From positions 3,921 through 67,920 of the forward strand of contig LNEG01000183.1 of the NCBI GenBank assembly GCA_001464865.1: a DNA stretch of 64,000 nucleotides, in the 5' to 3' direction. Positions 63,938-64,000 of this stretch are shown piece after piece. Source of the DNA: Burkholderiales bacterium Ga0074133. Its GTDB lineage: Bacteria; Pseudomonadota; Gammaproteobacteria; Burkholderiales; Burkholderiaceae_C. Each line of letters starts with the position of its first letter. Positions within the stretch are counted from its first letter, which is position 1. The notes below the pieces were generated by a model. The model searched no databases and had not been told where the DNA came from. It was given only the letters and a program-made list of their open reading frames with translations. The position numbers were made by a program, and so were the translations under genes.

Positions 63938-64000
63938 GGTCTCTCCTGTGGTACGGGCCGCGCCCGCCGGCCGCTTGAACGCGCCATGCCCCGGTTATCG

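Overview
High-GC betaproteobacterial chromosome segment, Comamonadaceae (Acidovorax-like) by gene content and order (inference). Mostly core genome; I saw no transposase, integrase, prophage, rRNA, tRNA or CRISPR array. In order: gpsA(partial)-secB-grxC-rhodanese divergent from gpmA-ctpA-moeB; a CHASE3 kinase / NarL-type regulator / single-domain receiver module next to small stress-type genes (DUF1328, ElaB-like, BON); panC, panB, a GAF-PAS-GGDEF-EAL protein, nadCA, a pabB-pabC fusion, bioD, queDE, nadB; scpA; metG; an IPTL-CTERM-like surface protein, patatin, a membrane-anchored Mrr-like protein, apbC; about 17 kb of formate dehydrogenase genes (LysR, two-subunit NAD-linked FDH, DUF3305/DUF3306/polyferredoxin/TorD, Tat-exported three-subunit FDH, fdhD); C13 peptidase, FtsX-like permease, truncated haemoglobin, a secreted triple-DUF3395-like protein, smr, phytase-like esterase, radC, fkpB-ispH, CBS protein. 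Best leads: (1) an AT-rich element of about 60-65 bp with a 17-bp GCTAY-N7-RTAGC palindrome, 11 copies, three inside coding sequences without breaking the frame (metG, both NAD-FDH subunits) and two overlapping start codons; (2) a GTAGGA-N4-TCCTAC palindrome occurring twice in the two-component/stress cluster, a candidate operator; (3) uncharacterised envelope proteins and an Mrr-like protein with a degenerate catalytic motif. Family assignments come from motif recognition by eye, not database searches.
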